Shown piece after piece: positions 16,727 to 27,148 of a stretch of 64,000 bases of DNA. The DNA lies in NCBI GenBank assembly GCA_029861865.1, contig JAOTYL010000001.1, forward strand, positions 498,536 to 562,535, given 5' to 3'. The translations under genes were made by a program, and so were the position numbers. The notes under the pieces are model-generated. The model made no database searches. It was not told the origin of the DNA and was given only the letters and a program-made list of their open reading frames with translations. Source of the DNA: Myxococcales bacterium (GTDB taxonomy: Bacteria; Myxococcota_A; Polyangia; Polyangiales; Houyiibacteriaceae). How positions within the stretch are numbered: position 1 is the stretch's first letter; every line of letters starts with the position of its first letter.

Positions 16727-17926
16727 GTGCGCGACTTCGTTTCTCACCCCTGGCTCTGGGGATTGGGCATCCTCGCCGTCATTTTGGGCACCCCACTGGC
16801 GTTGCTTGCGAGCCCCCCTTCGGCTCACCGAACCTCGACCCAGCTAGCCAACGCGGTGACCCCGCCCTTCGCGGACGTCGACGTTGAGCGAGCGCGACCG
16901 ATGGGAAAGCAACTGGTGGTCCCAAGGCGTGACGGAACGCGGGCGGTGCTCACGGTCGACTCCGACTTACAGACGTACATCCAGGATCTCTTTCGCAAGT
17001 ACGATGTGCCTGCCGGAGGGCTGGTCGCGATCGAGCCGCGCACCGGACGCGTGCTCGCGTACGTGGGGTACGAGGCAGGGAAGGGTGAGAGCATGGACGT
17101 CGTTACCGACCCAGCGCCACCGGCGGCTTCGATCTTCAAGATCATCACCGCCTCTGCACTCCTCGACGCTGGCGTGAAATCGTCGACCTCGGTTTGCTAT
17201 GGCGGCGGAATGCGCAGCCTCGGCTCGGCCGACCTCGTCGACAGCCCTAAGCGTGACCGCTGGTGCGCGACTCTTGCCGACGCGCTCGGGTACTCGATCA
17301 ACGCCATTTTCGCGAAGCTTGCAGACCGACACCTCAACGAAGCGCGGATGACTCGGTACGTATCGGCGTTCGGGTTCGGTCAACGCTTGCCATTCGATTT
17401 GCCAACGGCGCCGAGCCCTGCAGATGTGCCCCAGAGCCGGTTAGAACGCGCCCGGATGGCGGCTGGTTTTTGGCACAGCCAGCTCTCGCCGCTCCACGGG
17501 GCCTTGCTGGCCTCGACGATCGCGAACGACGGGGGCATGCCCTACGCGGCCATCGTCGCTCGAATCGAAAGCTCGAGCGGAAAGACTCTCTACCAACACT
17601 CGCCACAGAAGTTCCGCCAAGTCGTCCCACGCATGACCGCCAGGGAGGCAGGCGAAATGATGACGCGTACGGTCACGCACGGAACCGCAAAGAAGGCCTT
17701 CTGGGACTCGAAAGGGCGACCCTTCCTTCCCGGCATCGCCGTTGCCGGCAAGACCGGTACGCTGAGCCGAAACAATCCGTATCGCCGATACACATGGTGG
17801 GTCGGGTACGCCCCCGTCGACGATCCAAAGATCGCCGTCGCGAGCCTGGTGGTGAACGAACCCAAGTGGCGCATCAAGGCAAGCTACGTGGCACGAGAAG
17901 CGCTCCGGGAATACCTGGTCAAGTAG
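16727..17926 (+). CDS. Penicillin-binding protein, transpeptidase-domain family (short, N-terminal anchor)
   Basis: SxxK (ASIFK), SxN (YSIN) and KTGT motifs. N-terminal hydrophobic helix. GTG start. Confidence 0.8.
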   Translation: MRDFVSHPWLWGLGILAVILGTPLALLASPPSAHRTSTQLANAVTPPFADVDVERARPMGKQLVVPRRDGTRAVLTVDSDLQTYIQDLFRKYDVPAGGLVAIEPRTGRVLAYVGYEAGKGESMDVVTDPAPPAASIFKIITASALLDAGVKSSTSVCYGGGMRSLGSADLVDSPKRDRWCATLADALGYSINAIFAKLADRHLNEARMTRYVSAFGFGQRLPFDLPTAPSPADVPQSRLERARMAAGFWHSQLSPLHGALLASTIANDGGMPYAAIVARIESSSGKTLYQHSPQKFRQVVPRMTAREAGEMMTRTVTHGTAKKAFWDSKGRPFLPGIAVAGKTGTLSRNNPYRRYTWWVGYAPVDDPKIAVASLVVNEPKWRIKASYVAREALREYLVK

Positions 17927-17932
17927 CTGCGG

Positions 17933-18745
17933 TTACTCCAAATCTTCGAGCCAGTCACCATTGTCGAACCACTCCCTCCGGAGCTCCGTCAGAATGCCGG
18001 TGCCTTCGAAGGCATCGATGAAGTTGTCGATGAGGTTGTAGAACTTCGAGTCCTTTGCGGATACGGCGATCCCGATCGGCTCGACTGAAAGCGGCTCTGC
18101 CAGCGTGACGAGGCCGGAGTCAGGGTTGCGGAGGACGGCGAGGGCGCATGCCGGCATGTCAGCGATCATGGCATCGGCCTCCCCGCTCAGCACCTTCTCT
18201 ACTCCCATCTTGTAGTTGTCGATCGGGATGAATTTGGCCTTCGGCATGTACCGCTTGATGAATGCCGAGCTAGTCGAGTTCGCCAACGCGACGAAGGTGA
18301 CCTTGCGATTGTTGATGTCATCGACGGTTTCGGCTTTGGCGAGCGCCTTCGATGTCGTCAGGAGCGACTTGCCGGAGATCAAGTACGGACCGACAAACAA
18401 GAAGTCTTTGGTGCGCTCCGCAGTGATATCCACTCCCGACATCACGATGTCCACCTTGCCCTTTTTCAAAGCGCCCAGCAGTTGACCAAAACGCATCTCG
18501 ATGATCTTGAGCTCGAGGCCGAGCGCCTGGGCAAGCCCCTCGGCGAGGTCGACTTCCAGCCCCATCATCTCCCCGTCCTTGTCCTTGGCGTTGAGCGGAG
18601 GTTGGTCGGCGGTCATTCCCACGCGCAGCTCGCCACTCTTGAGGACGCGATCGAGGACGGGGGACTGTGCCGTTGCGGGGGCTGACGAGATCAGCGATGC
18701 AACGGTCAAGAGAGCAAAGATCATCAATTGAGAACGGAGGAGCAT
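17933..18745 (-). CDS. Periplasmic solute-binding protein (family 3, amino-acid ABC type)
   Basis: Signal peptide MLLRSQLMIFALLTVASLISSAPATA. LRVGMTADQPPLNAKD and GKVDIVMSGVDIT are typical of the SBP_bac_3 family. Confidence 0.85.
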   Translation of the reverse strand: MLLRSQLMIFALLTVASLISSAPATAQSPVLDRVLKSGELRVGMTADQPPLNAKDKDGEMMGLEVDLAEGLAQALGLELKIIEMRFGQLLGALKKGKVDIVMSGVDITAERTKDFLFVGPYLISGKSLLTTSKALAKAETVDDINNRKVTFVALANSTSSAFIKRYMPKAKFIPIDNYKMGVEKVLSGEADAMIADMPACALAVLRNPDSGLVTLAEPLSVEPIGIAVSAKDSKFYNLIDNFIDAFEGTGILTELRREWFDNGDWLEDLE

Positions 18746-18814
18746 CGGATGCCTTTCGTGGATGGTGGTGGGCGCGGAGCCTACCGAACCCAGTCCGCCG
18801 TTGCAACACGCGTT

Positions 18815-18874
18815 GTCAGTGTCAGTGCCAGTGTCACTGTCAGTGTCAGTGTCAGTGTCAGTGCCAGCGTCAGC
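18815..18874. repeat. Hexanucleotide microsatellite, 10 units of GTCAGT and variants
   Basis: Sequence: gtcagt gtcagt gccagt gtcact gtcagt gtcagt gtcagt gtcagt gccagc gtcagc. On the minus strand it starts immediately after the TAG stop of the gene at 18874..19527, and it lies 70-130 nt upstream of ATG 18745. Confidence 0.9.
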
Positions 18875-19527
18875 TAATTCAGCCGTGCTCTTGCGGCGTC
18901 GTCGAGGGCTCTTCCGACAGCCCCTTCACTGAAGCCGACGATCACTTCGTTACCGACCTTGATCGTCGGCACGGTTCGTCGTGGATTCAAGCTGAGGTAC
19001 TCGGCTCTTGCGCTTGCGTTCTTGTCTACGTCGTACTCGACGAAGGAGATGCGCTGCTCTTCGAAGTAGCGGCGGGCCTTGTTGCACACGCCGCACCAGG
19101 TGGTCGAGTACATGACTACCGGAACGCGACGCCGGGCGTTGGCGATTTCCCAGTCCTTGGGAGCCCTGTCTCGGGCTTGCGGTCCCGATCCCTGAGTCGG
19201 CTGACTTCCAGCTCCGCTGTTCGGCGCCTGCAGAGCCGCGGGATCGAGTTTGAGAAGAGCTTGGATCCGTTCTTCGCGGCTCATCTCCTCGTTCCGCAAG
19301 ATGTTTCTGAACGTGATCACCTCCGTTTCGGAGCGCGCGATCGAATCGGCCGGCCTCTGCGCCACCTCTTCCTCTTCGGCAGGAGTCGGCGTTTCGGCAG
19401 GGGCCGGGTCGGTCGCTTGCTGGTCAGCTAGCTCGTCGATCCGCGCCAGCACTTGGTCACACCCGCCGAGCGCTCCGAGAACGACGATCGCCATCACCCT
19501 CGACCAAGCTCTCGTTCCGGTCAGCAT
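18874..19527 (-). CDS. Glutaredoxin-like domain lipoprotein
   Basis: Lipobox-like VLGALGGC. C-terminal Grx fold VVMYSTTWCGVCNKARRYF...TVPTIKVG. Confidence 0.75.
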   Translation of the reverse strand: MLTGTRAWSRVMAIVVLGALGGCDQVLARIDELADQQATDPAPAETPTPAEEEEVAQRPADSIARSETEVITFRNILRNEEMSREERIQALLKLDPAALQAPNSGAGSQPTQGSGPQARDRAPKDWEIANARRRVPVVMYSTTWCGVCNKARRYFEEQRISFVEYDVDKNASARAEYLSLNPRRTVPTIKVGNEVIVGFSEGAVGRALDDAARARLN

Positions 19528-19561
19528 GCTCGACGTCCTTCGGTAGGTTGCGCGTTGGCGC

Positions 19562-20305
19562 TCAGTCCCTCTTGCGCACGATGAACGTATTCATGCCTTC
19601 TTCGTGTTCGAACGTCGTGCGGTAGCTCTGGGCTTCACCTCGGGATTCGAAGGGGCCTATGCGAACGCGCCAGTGTGTCCCCCGCCCCTCGACGGAGCCG
19701 CTGGTCACATAAGCGGCGTGGCCTCGCTTGCGAAGGGCGTCGGCAAACACCTGCGCCTCCTGCGGATCGCGATAACTCACGACTTGTAAGGTGTAGAGGC
19801 CCTCGCGACCTGCTGGCGAGCTCGTGGTTCGATCGGGAACTGTCGCTGCAACGAGCGGGTCGCGAACGGCGGCCATCTCGACGACCTCGCGGTCAGGCCC
19901 GGCCGTAACCGCAGCCGGCAGTCCCGCCGCGATTCTCGAACGGGGAGGTGGGCTTGTGAGCGGGTCGAGGTGCGCCAGCTCCGCTGCGGCGGCCGCCATT
20001 GCTGCCGCAACTTCCGGCCGAGTTTCGGTCACCAACGTCGTGGGAAAGCTGAGGGTTTTTGGATCGAGGGCGGGATCGGCGCGCTCTCCTTTGGAAGCCT
20101 CTGTCGCCTCGGGAACGCCGGTGAGCGCCAGCGTTTGCAACGGGTCCTCCACCTTCGGTTCGCCGTCGTTAGGCAGCGCTGCGATCGCGGCGACTACGAT
20201 CCCAATCGCGGCGATCAAGCCCACTCCCGAGAGCACCAACACCCGATTTCCATCATCTGATGATCGCTCTTCGATCCGTTCGAGATCGCGCATTGCAGTA
20301 TCCAT
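19562..20305 (-). CDS. SPOR-domain (peptidoglycan-binding) membrane protein
   Basis: N-terminal TM helix. C-terminal YTLQVVSYRDPQEAQVFADALRKRGHAAYV...WRVRIGPFESRGEA. Confidence 0.8.
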   Translation of the reverse strand: MDTAMRDLERIEERSSDDGNRVLVLSGVGLIAAIGIVVAAIAALPNDGEPKVEDPLQTLALTGVPEATEASKGERADPALDPKTLSFPTTLVTETRPEVAAAMAAAAAELAHLDPLTSPPPRSRIAAGLPAAVTAGPDREVVEMAAVRDPLVAATVPDRTTSSPAGREGLYTLQVVSYRDPQEAQVFADALRKRGHAAYVTSGSVEGRGTHWRVRIGPFESRGEAQSYRTTFEHEEGMNTFIVRKRD

Positions 20306-20468
20306 CTCGTGTCTCGCCTCGTCCCTCTCACTGGTTTACGAGACTTCCTCGGAAGCGGCCAAAAAACGGCACTTTGGAGCGCGCGAGAGCGCGTGCAGGG
20401 CCGGGGGTCACGTGGTAGCTTCGCGCCGGCGCTGCGTTCAGGGGAGCAGCGCATGGGAGCACTAGTTC

Positions 20469-23063
20469 ATGGCAGAATCTCCGCAAAAGCAGCCGGTCAC
20501 GCTCGAAGACGAGATGCGGCGCTCGTACCTCGACTACGCGATGAGCGTCATCATCGGGCGCGCGATTCCTGACGTTCGGGACGGCCTCAAGCCGGTCCAT
20601 CGGCGGATTCTTTACTCCATGCACGAGCAGAAGGTGCATTGGAACCAATCGTACAAGAAGAGCGCACGCATCGTCGGTGACGTCCTGGGCAAGTACCATC
20701 CACACGGCGACACCGCGGTTTACGACGCCCTGGTTCGGATGGCGCAGGATTTCTCCATGCGATACCCGTTGGTCGATGGCCAGGGGAACTTCGGCTCCGT
20801 CGACGGCGACCCACCCGCGGCGATGCGCTACACCGAGGTCCGAATGCACAGGCTCGCCTCCGAGCTGCTCGCCGACATCGAAAAAGAAACCGTAGACTTC
20901 GGGCCAAACTTCGACGACTCCGAAAGTGAGCCTCTCGTCCTTCCAAGCCGGGTTCCCAATCTCCTGATCAACGGCTCAGGCGGCATCGCCGTTGGGATGG
21001 CGACCAACATCCCTCCGCACAACCTCCGCGAAGTCGTCGACGCCACCATTCGTCTCATGGCCGATCCCGAGCTCACGATCGACGCCCTGATGCACGACGA
21101 CCCCGAATCCGGCCGCGAGGGTGTCAAGGGGCCCGACTTCCCGACTGCCGGGTACATCTATGGCACGTCGGGGATTCGGCTGGGCTACCGCACCGGGCGA
21201 GGTCGAATCGTGATGCGAGCACGGGCCTCGATCGAGCCGCTCCCGGGCAAGACCGACCGCGAGATGATCGTCATCACCGAGATCCCCTACCAGGTGAACA
21301 AGGCGGAGCTTCTGAAGAAAATCGCCGACCTCGTCCGTGACAAGCGCCTCGAGGGGATCAGCGACATCCGCGACGAATCCGACCGCGACGGGCTGCGGAT
21401 GGTCATCGAGCTCAAGCGCGATGCCCACGGCGAAATCGTCCTCAACAATCTCTACCAGATGACCGCGCTCCAGAGCACGTTCGGCTACAACTGCCTGGCG
21501 ATCGTCAAGCAACGGCCCGAGGTGCTCGACCTCAAAACGACCTTGCTTCGCTTCATCGACCATCGTCGCGAGGTCGTTCTCCGGCGGACACGGTACGACG
21601 TCGAACAGGCTCGCGCGCAACGGGAGCTCGTCGAGGGCCTCGGCATGGCGGTTACCGACGTCGACCTGGTCGTCGGCACCATCCGGTCGTCGAAGGATCC
21701 CGACGAGGCACGGGTCCGCTTGATGAAGATCGCCCTGACAGGCCTCGAAGAGTTCGTCCGGCGTGCGGGCCGCCCCGACGAGGAGATCGAGGCTGCCAAA
21801 GAGCGCGGTGAGTACTTCCTTTCCGAACGCCAGGCCAAGGCGATTCTCGAGATGCGACTCTCGCGACTCACCGGCCTCGAACGGGAGAAGCTCGCCACCG
21901 AGTACGGCAGCCTGTGCGACCTGATCGGCAAGCTAGAAGCGATCCTTGGCAGCAGCGAACTTCTCGACGAGGTGATCGTCGGGGAGCTCGACGAGATCCG
22001 TGAGCGCTACGGCGACGCCCGACGCACTGAGATCGTCGAGGCGGAGGGCGACATCTCGATCGAAGATCTGGTTCCCGACGAAGAGGTGGTCGTGACCGTA
22101 TCGCACGCGGGATACATCAAGCGCGTGCCGCTGAGCGAGTACCGTGCGCAAGGGCGTGGCGGCAAGGGCCTTCGCGCGATGGACACCCGCGACCAGGACT
22201 TCGTCAGCTGGGTGTTCGTCGTCAATGCCCACGCCCACGTCCTGTTCTTGAGCGACAAGGGCAAGGCCTACCTCAAGAAGGTGTACCAGATTCCCGAGAC
22301 CGGCCGCGCCGCCCGGGGCAGAGCCGTGGTGAACCTGGTCGGCATGGAGCCTGACGAGCGGGTCGCAGCCATCCTTCCGATTCGTGAGTTCGTCGAGGAT
22401 GGGTATCTCTTGACCTGCACGCGCCGCGGCCGGGTGAAGCGCACCAACCTGAACGCCTACGAGAACATCCGCCAGACCGGGATCATCGGAGTCGCGATCG
22501 GGGAGGGTGACGGGCTGCTGACGGCGCGTATCGTCACGCCTGGCCAGAGTGTGCTCATCGGAACCTCTCACGGGATGAGCATTCGCTTTCCGATCGAGGA
22601 CGTGCGCGCGATGGGCCGCGACTCGATGGGAGTCAAAGGCATCGATCTTCGAAAGGGCGATTTCGTGATCGGGATGGACGTCATCGAGAACGAAGAGGCC
22701 GAGCAGGTCCTGACCGTGAGCGCGAACGGTTACGGAAAGCGCACCCCTGTGGCGGAATGGCGAGCCCAAAACCGAGGAGGCAAGGGGATCATCGCGATGG
22801 ACACATCCGAGCGGAACGGGGCACTGGTCAAGCTCAGGCTCGTCTCGCCGGACGACCAATTGATGGTCATTACCAACGGCGGGCAGGTGATTCGCACGCG
22901 CGTCTCCGAAATTCGGGAGACCGGCCGCAACACCCAGGGGGTACGGGTGATCCGGCTCCGCGAGGGCGAGCAGGTGGTCGATGTGGAGCCGGTGGCCGAG
23001 GGCGAGGATGACGAGGGCGAAGAACTCATGGAAAATGGCCCTTCTGAGCCCGGAAACGTGTAA
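20469..23063 (+). CDS. gyrA: DNA gyrase subunit A
   Basis: [28 protein letters not shown] and HPHGD, with the active-site AAMRYTE region and C-terminal beta-pinwheel repeats. Confidence 0.97.
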   Translation: MAESPQKQPVTLEDEMRRSYLDYAMSVIIGRAIPDVRDGLKPVHRRILYSMHEQKVHWNQSYKKSARIVGDVLGKYHPHGDTAVYDALVRMAQDFSMRYPLVDGQGNFGSVDGDPPAAMRYTEVRMHRLASELLADIEKETVDFGPNFDDSESEPLVLPSRVPNLLINGSGGIAVGMATNIPPHNLREVVDATIRLMADPELTIDALMHDDPESGREGVKGPDFPTAGYIYGTSGIRLGYRTGRGRIVMRARASIEPLPGKTDREMIVITEIPYQVNKAELLKKIADLVRDKRLEGISDIRDESDRDGLRMVIELKRDAHGEIVLNNLYQMTALQSTFGYNCLAIVKQRPEVLDLKTTLLRFIDHRREVVLRRTRYDVEQARAQRELVEGLGMAVTDVDLVVGTIRSSKDPDEARVRLMKIALTGLEEFVRRAGRPDEEIEAAKERGEYFLSERQAKAILEMRLSRLTGLEREKLATEYGSLCDLIGKLEAILGSSELLDEVIVGELDEIRERYGDARRTEIVEAEGDISIEDLVPDEEVVVTVSHAGYIKRVPLSEYRAQGRGGKGLRAMDTRDQDFVSWVFVVNAHAHVLFLSDKGKAYLKKVYQIPETGRAARGRAVVNLVGMEPDERVAAILPIREFVEDGYLLTCTRRGRVKRTNLNAYENIRQTGIIGVAIGEGDGLLTARIVTPGQSVLIGTSHGMSIRFPIEDVRAMGRDSMGVKGIDLRKGDFVIGMDVIENEEAEQVLTVSANGYGKRTPVAEWRAQNRGGKGIIAMDTSERNGALVKLRLVSPDDQLMVITNGGQVIRTRVSEIRETGRNTQGVRVIRLREGEQVVDVEPVAEGEDDEGEELMENGPSEPGNV

Positions 23064-23128
23064 TCCGGGGAACAAACCGCTATCCTGATCTGGGCGAAGC
23101 GAGAGGCTTTACCGGGGGGTAGGCGAGT

Positions 23129-25291
23129 GTGAGTAAAGGACCCGTCATTGGGATCGACTTGGGAACGACCAATTCCGTGGTTGCCATTGCAGACCAGTCG
23201 GGCGCCCGGGTGCTTGCGGACAGTGACGGTTCGAAACTCATCCCGTCGGTGGTGTCCTTCCATCCGAGTGGCGACGTGCTGGTGGGCACCGCGGCAAAGG
23301 AGCGGCGGTTGCTCGACGCGGCCAACACGGTTTCGTCTGTCAAGCGACTGATCGGTCGTCCGTTCACTAGCTACGAGGTCAAGCAGGCACGAGAACGCTT
23401 CGCTTTCGAGCTTTCCGAAGGCCCCAGCGGCGGTGTCTTGGTTTCGGCGCGCGGAGAGACATACACGCTCAGTGAAATCAGCGCCTTCGTGCTTCGACAC
23501 GTGCGCAAAGTCGCTGAAGACGCCCTCGGCAAGGAATGCGAGCATGCGGTCGTCACCGTACCCGCGAACTTCAACGAGCTTCAACGAAGTGCAACCAAAG
23601 CCGCTGGGCGCGTGGCCGGCCTCGAGGTATTGCGCATCTTGAACGAGCCGACTGCAGCAGCGCTCGCCTATGGCTACAACAAGACATCAAACGAGCGGGT
23701 GGCGGTTTACGATCTTGGGGGCGGCACTTTCGACATCACGATTCTGCAGCTCGCGGGAGATGTGTTCGAGGTTCTCGCCACCGCGGGCGACACGTTTCTC
23801 GGTGGCGACGACGTCGATAATCTCATCGCCGATGACATGGCCGCTCGATTCCTCGAGTCGCAGCGCTACGATGCGCGCCAGGATCGGCAGGCTTTCGAGC
23901 GCCTTCGTGCTGCGGCCGAGTGGGCCAAATGCCAGCTTTCGGACAAGGCCAACATCCAGCTTTGCATCGAAGAGCTTGCGTACGGGGATGGCGGTGCCGC
24001 CCTCAACCTCGACTATGCGCTGAGCCGTGAGCGTCTCGAACAGATGGTGCAACCTTTGATCGGGCGTAGCTTCGACGTCTGTGAAGACGCCATGAAGGCC
24101 GCAGGGATGCGTCCGACGCAGCTCGACAACGTGATCTTGGTGGGTGGCTCGACCCGCATCCCGTTGCTTCAACGAATGGTGGCTGAGTACTTCGGCCGCA
24201 AGCCGCAGGCGAGCATCGACCCCGACTTGGTGGTCGCGCAGGGGGCTGCGCTTCAAGCCAAGGCGCTGTCGCTACCAGGGCGGAAGCCGTCTGCTGCACT
24301 CGGACGCGTTTCGTTGAAAAAGGTCGTTCAGCCAGACGTCGATACGCCCTTCAGCGACGACTTCGAGGACGAGGTCACGAACATCGGCGACCGGCCGCCG
24401 GTGCCACCACCACCGGTCGCGCGAAGTGCCCGCAAGGCGACGTTGCCAGGCCAGGCGCCTCCGCCCCCGCCGATTCACCTCAAGAAGGCCGAAAAGCTAG
24501 CCGAAGATGCCTTGGTTGATACTCCCACGCGTTCCCGTGAGGAGCCCTTCGAGGACATGCGAACACGGGTCGCGGAGACCGTCGATCCACTCGATTTTCA
24601 ACCGACGCGAACGGCGGACGCTTCGGGTCTCTTGATGGGGCTCGGCGAAAACACGGCGACGCGCGGCGGACCGGTCGACGACGAACCGTCGGGCCTGGCG
24701 GTGGAGCTCGGAGACGATGCGTTCGGCACACCTTCCGAGGTGCCTTCCGATGAGCCCAAGTCGCCTCCTCCGCCTCTCGAGTTGCCAAGCTCTGCGCCTC
24801 GCGTCCTCGAAGCCGCGCTCGACGAGGAGGTATCGACGGTCACCGGTGCCCTTCCGGTCCCGGACGGACCTTCGGCGCCCCTACTGCTCGACGTCACACC
24901 GCTTTCACTCGGGGTCGAAACCGTCGACGGCTATTGCGAGCACATCATCCGCCGCAACTCTGCGATCCCGGCCGGTCAAACCAAGATGTTCACGACCGCG
25001 CGCGACAAGCAGGAGACGGTGGTCGTCCGGATTTGCCAGGGCGAGTCGCGGCAGATCGCAGGTAACCAGCTACTCGGCGAGGTGGTGCTCGATGGGTTAC
25101 GGCCGGCCGCACGCGGCAAGGTGCAGATCGCAGTACGGTTCATGATCGATGCCGACGGCACGTTGAAAGTTCGGGCGCAAGACGTCGGGACGGGCCAGCA
25201 GCAGCAGATCGCGATCAAGCTGATCGGTGAGCTGCCGGATGAACAGATCAGGACGCTCCGCGAGCGCCATAAGGCAAAGATGGGGGCATAG
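23129..25291 (+). CDS. Atypical Hsp70-family protein with a long disordered insert at the NBD-SBD junction and no helical lid
   Basis: NBD motifs [27 protein letters not shown]. The linker [11 protein letters not shown] appears only at about residue 605, after a Pro/acidic-rich stretch. The protein ends shortly after the beta-sandwich. GTG start. Confidence 0.9.
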   Translation: MSKGPVIGIDLGTTNSVVAIADQSGARVLADSDGSKLIPSVVSFHPSGDVLVGTAAKERRLLDAANTVSSVKRLIGRPFTSYEVKQARERFAFELSEGPSGGVLVSARGETYTLSEISAFVLRHVRKVAEDALGKECEHAVVTVPANFNELQRSATKAAGRVAGLEVLRILNEPTAAALAYGYNKTSNERVAVYDLGGGTFDITILQLAGDVFEVLATAGDTFLGGDDVDNLIADDMAARFLESQRYDARQDRQAFERLRAAAEWAKCQLSDKANIQLCIEELAYGDGGAALNLDYALSRERLEQMVQPLIGRSFDVCEDAMKAAGMRPTQLDNVILVGGSTRIPLLQRMVAEYFGRKPQASIDPDLVVAQGAALQAKALSLPGRKPSAALGRVSLKKVVQPDVDTPFSDDFEDEVTNIGDRPPVPPPPVARSARKATLPGQAPPPPPIHLKKAEKLAEDALVDTPTRSREEPFEDMRTRVAETVDPLDFQPTRTADASGLLMGLGENTATRGGPVDDEPSGLAVELGDDAFGTPSEVPSDEPKSPPPPLELPSSAPRVLEAALDEEVSTVTGALPVPDGPSAPLLLDVTPLSLGVETVDGYCEHIIRRNSAIPAGQTKMFTTARDKQETVVVRICQGESRQIAGNQLLGEVVLDGLRPAARGKVQIAVRFMIDADGTLKVRAQDVGTGQQQQIAIKLIGELPDEQIRTLRERHKAKMGA

Positions 25292-25294
25292 GCC

Positions 25295-25780
25295 GTGCCT
25301 GACCCCCCGGAAGCCCTAGACTATTACAGGCTCCTCGGCATCATTCGAGCCGCGACGCCCGACCAGATCCGCTCCGCATTCCATCGCTTCGCCCGGGAGC
25401 ATCATCCAGACACCTTTGTCGATGCGCCTGCGGCCGTACGCGATCAGCATACCGAGCTTTACCAACTGGGAAGTGAAGCTTACCAGGTGCTGCTCGATCC
25501 CGTGAAGCGCAAGATCTACGACGAGGGGCTCGCGCAGGGCCGCCTGCGATACTCGGCCGACCGGGCCGAAGAGACACGACGCACGGTGCGCCCACCGGGC
25601 GGCGTGGCGCTCAATTCGAGCAAGGCGCGGGTATTCTTCTCTCGCGCTCACAAAGCCATGAAGGCAGAGGACTGGCCTCAGGCGAAGCTCAATCTTCAAA
25701 TGGCGCTCCAAAGCGAACCCAACAACGAGGCCCTCAAGAGCAAGCTCGAGGAGGTTCTCGAACGAATGAAGTCCCGCTAA
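25295..25780 (+). CDS. J-domain protein (DnaJ-like co-chaperone, short)
   Basis: DYYRLLGI...AFHRFAREHHPD (HPD motif). Starts 4 nt after the Hsp70 stop. C-terminal TPR-like helix pair. Confidence 0.85.
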   Translation: MPDPPEALDYYRLLGIIRAATPDQIRSAFHRFAREHHPDTFVDAPAAVRDQHTELYQLGSEAYQVLLDPVKRKIYDEGLAQGRLRYSADRAEETRRTVRPPGGVALNSSKARVFFSRAHKAMKAEDWPQAKLNLQMALQSEPNNEALKSKLEEVLERMKSR

Positions 25781-25828
25781 AGGCGGAGCCCTGCGTTCCG
25801 CGACTCGTAGCCTGCGAAAACCCAGCGG

Positions 25829-26428
25829 TTGGCAATCGAGATTTCGCGTCCTAGGTACGGCGAGATGGCGATTCCTGTTGCAGTGTTTCCCGGATTCTCG
25901 GCTGGCGACCTTTCGACGTTCTTCCTTCGACGTCACTTGCAGGGCGCGGGCTATCGCGTGCACCGTTGGCGACTGGGCATCAACCGGGGGAACGTCCCTG
26001 CGCTGGTCCCGAAGGTCGTCGCGCGCACGGAGGCGCGTTTTCAGCGCCACGAGGAGCCAGTGGCTCTGGTTGGCTGGAGCCTCGGCGGGGTGCTTGCACG
26101 AGAGGTTGCTCGCGAGCGACCTGACCTGGTGAAATGCATCGTCACGCTAGGGACGCCGGTGGTCGGTGGCCCGAAGTACACGAGCACAGCGCCGTTTTAC
26201 GAGAAAGTGTTGAACGTCGACCTCGACGCGCTCGAACGGACTGCATCGACCACTACAACGAGCATTGCCGTCACAAGTCCCGTTCCCGAAGCACGCCGAG
26301 TGCATTGCAACTTCGAGCTCGAGTTGTTTCGTCACCAGACAGCCGTGCAGGAACCCGGCCAAGTAGGAGGAGATCGACGGCGACCGCTCGCAGCAGCGAG
26401 AGGGCTGGCCCGCCCCCGTGCAGGGTGA
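25829..26428 (+). CDS. Alpha/beta-hydrolase-fold protein; the 3' third is possibly degraded
   Basis: Nucleophile elbow GWSLGG, then VTLGTPVVGGPKY. After about 26230 the annotated frame loses the GC3 bias and reads as low complexity (TASTTTTSIAVTS...). An alternative start is ATG 25865. Confidence 0.55.
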   Translation: MAIEISRPRYGEMAIPVAVFPGFSAGDLSTFFLRRHLQGAGYRVHRWRLGINRGNVPALVPKVVARTEARFQRHEEPVALVGWSLGGVLAREVARERPDLVKCIVTLGTPVVGGPKYTSTAPFYEKVLNVDLDALERTASTTTTSIAVTSPVPEARRVHCNFELELFRHQTAVQEPGQVGGDRRRPLAAARGLARPRAG

Positions 26429-26554
26429 GGCACCGGCTCCCCGCTGGAAGGCGGAAAATCGACACAGCTGAACGGCGCGGGCGCTTTGTTAGTCTCGGTC
26501 AAACGTCGAGCGCTCGCTGGCTCCTAGGACTTTCCGGGCTATGGTTGCGGCGTT

Positions 26555-27148
26555 ATGGGACGCACGTCGGCGATCCAGCGTCGCACTAAGGAGACCGAAA
26601 TCTCCATCGAGCTCGATCTCGATGGCAGTGGCCAATACCAAGTCGAGACCCCGATCGGGTTTTTGACGCACATGGTGGAGCAGCTCGCCAAGCACGGCCT
26701 GTTCGACCTCAAGGTGCGCGCCGTCGGCGACACCCACATCGATGGGCACCACACCACCGAAGACCTCGCGATCTCCCTCGGTCAGGCCGTCGCCGAAGCG
26801 CTCGGCGACAAGGCCGGGATCCGCCGCTACGGCTCGGCCACGCTTCCGATGGACGAGGCCTGCGTGACGTGCGCGCTCGACCTGTCGGGGCGCCCTTTTT
26901 TCGTGTGGGCCGTCTCGTTGCCAAAGGCGAAAATCGGCGATTTCGACTCGGAGCTCGCCGAGGTGTTCTTCGAGGGCTTCGTGCGCGGAAGCCAGTGCAA
27001 TCTGCACATGCGCCAGCACGCGGGAGACAATCTCCACCACGTCATCGAGATCAGCTTCAAGGCCTTTGCACGTGCGCTTCGGGAAGCGACCGAGGTCGAC
27101 CCGCGGGTACGCGGTGTGCCGTCGACCAAGGGCACATTGACCGAATGA
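26555..27148 (+). CDS. hisB: Imidazoleglycerol-phosphate dehydratase
   Basis: RKTKETEISIELDLDG and HHTTED...HH motifs. 197 aa. Confidence 0.95.
   Translation: MGRTSAIQRRTKETEISIELDLDGSGQYQVETPIGFLTHMVEQLAKHGLFDLKVRAVGDTHIDGHHTTEDLAISLGQAVAEALGDKAGIRRYGSATLPMDEACVTCALDLSGRPFFVWAVSLPKAKIGDFDSELAEVFFEGFVRGSQCNLHMRQHAGDNLHHVIEISFKAFARALREATEVDPRVRGVPSTKGTLTE

Noticed and set aside
18667-19431. 254-aa + strand ORF containing a (Cys-Gln)n run.
   Set aside because: The CQCQ run is just the + strand reading of the GTCAGT microsatellite. The rest of the ORF is antisense to the glutaredoxin-like gene.
21933-23075. 380-aa ORF on the minus strand, entirely antisense to gyrA.
   Set aside because: It is a shadow ORF typical of high-GC DNA. 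The translation is Arg/Ala/His/Leu/Asp-rich with no motifs, while the + strand encodes an unmistakable GyrA. The same reasoning applies to 20976..21620 and 21485..21931.
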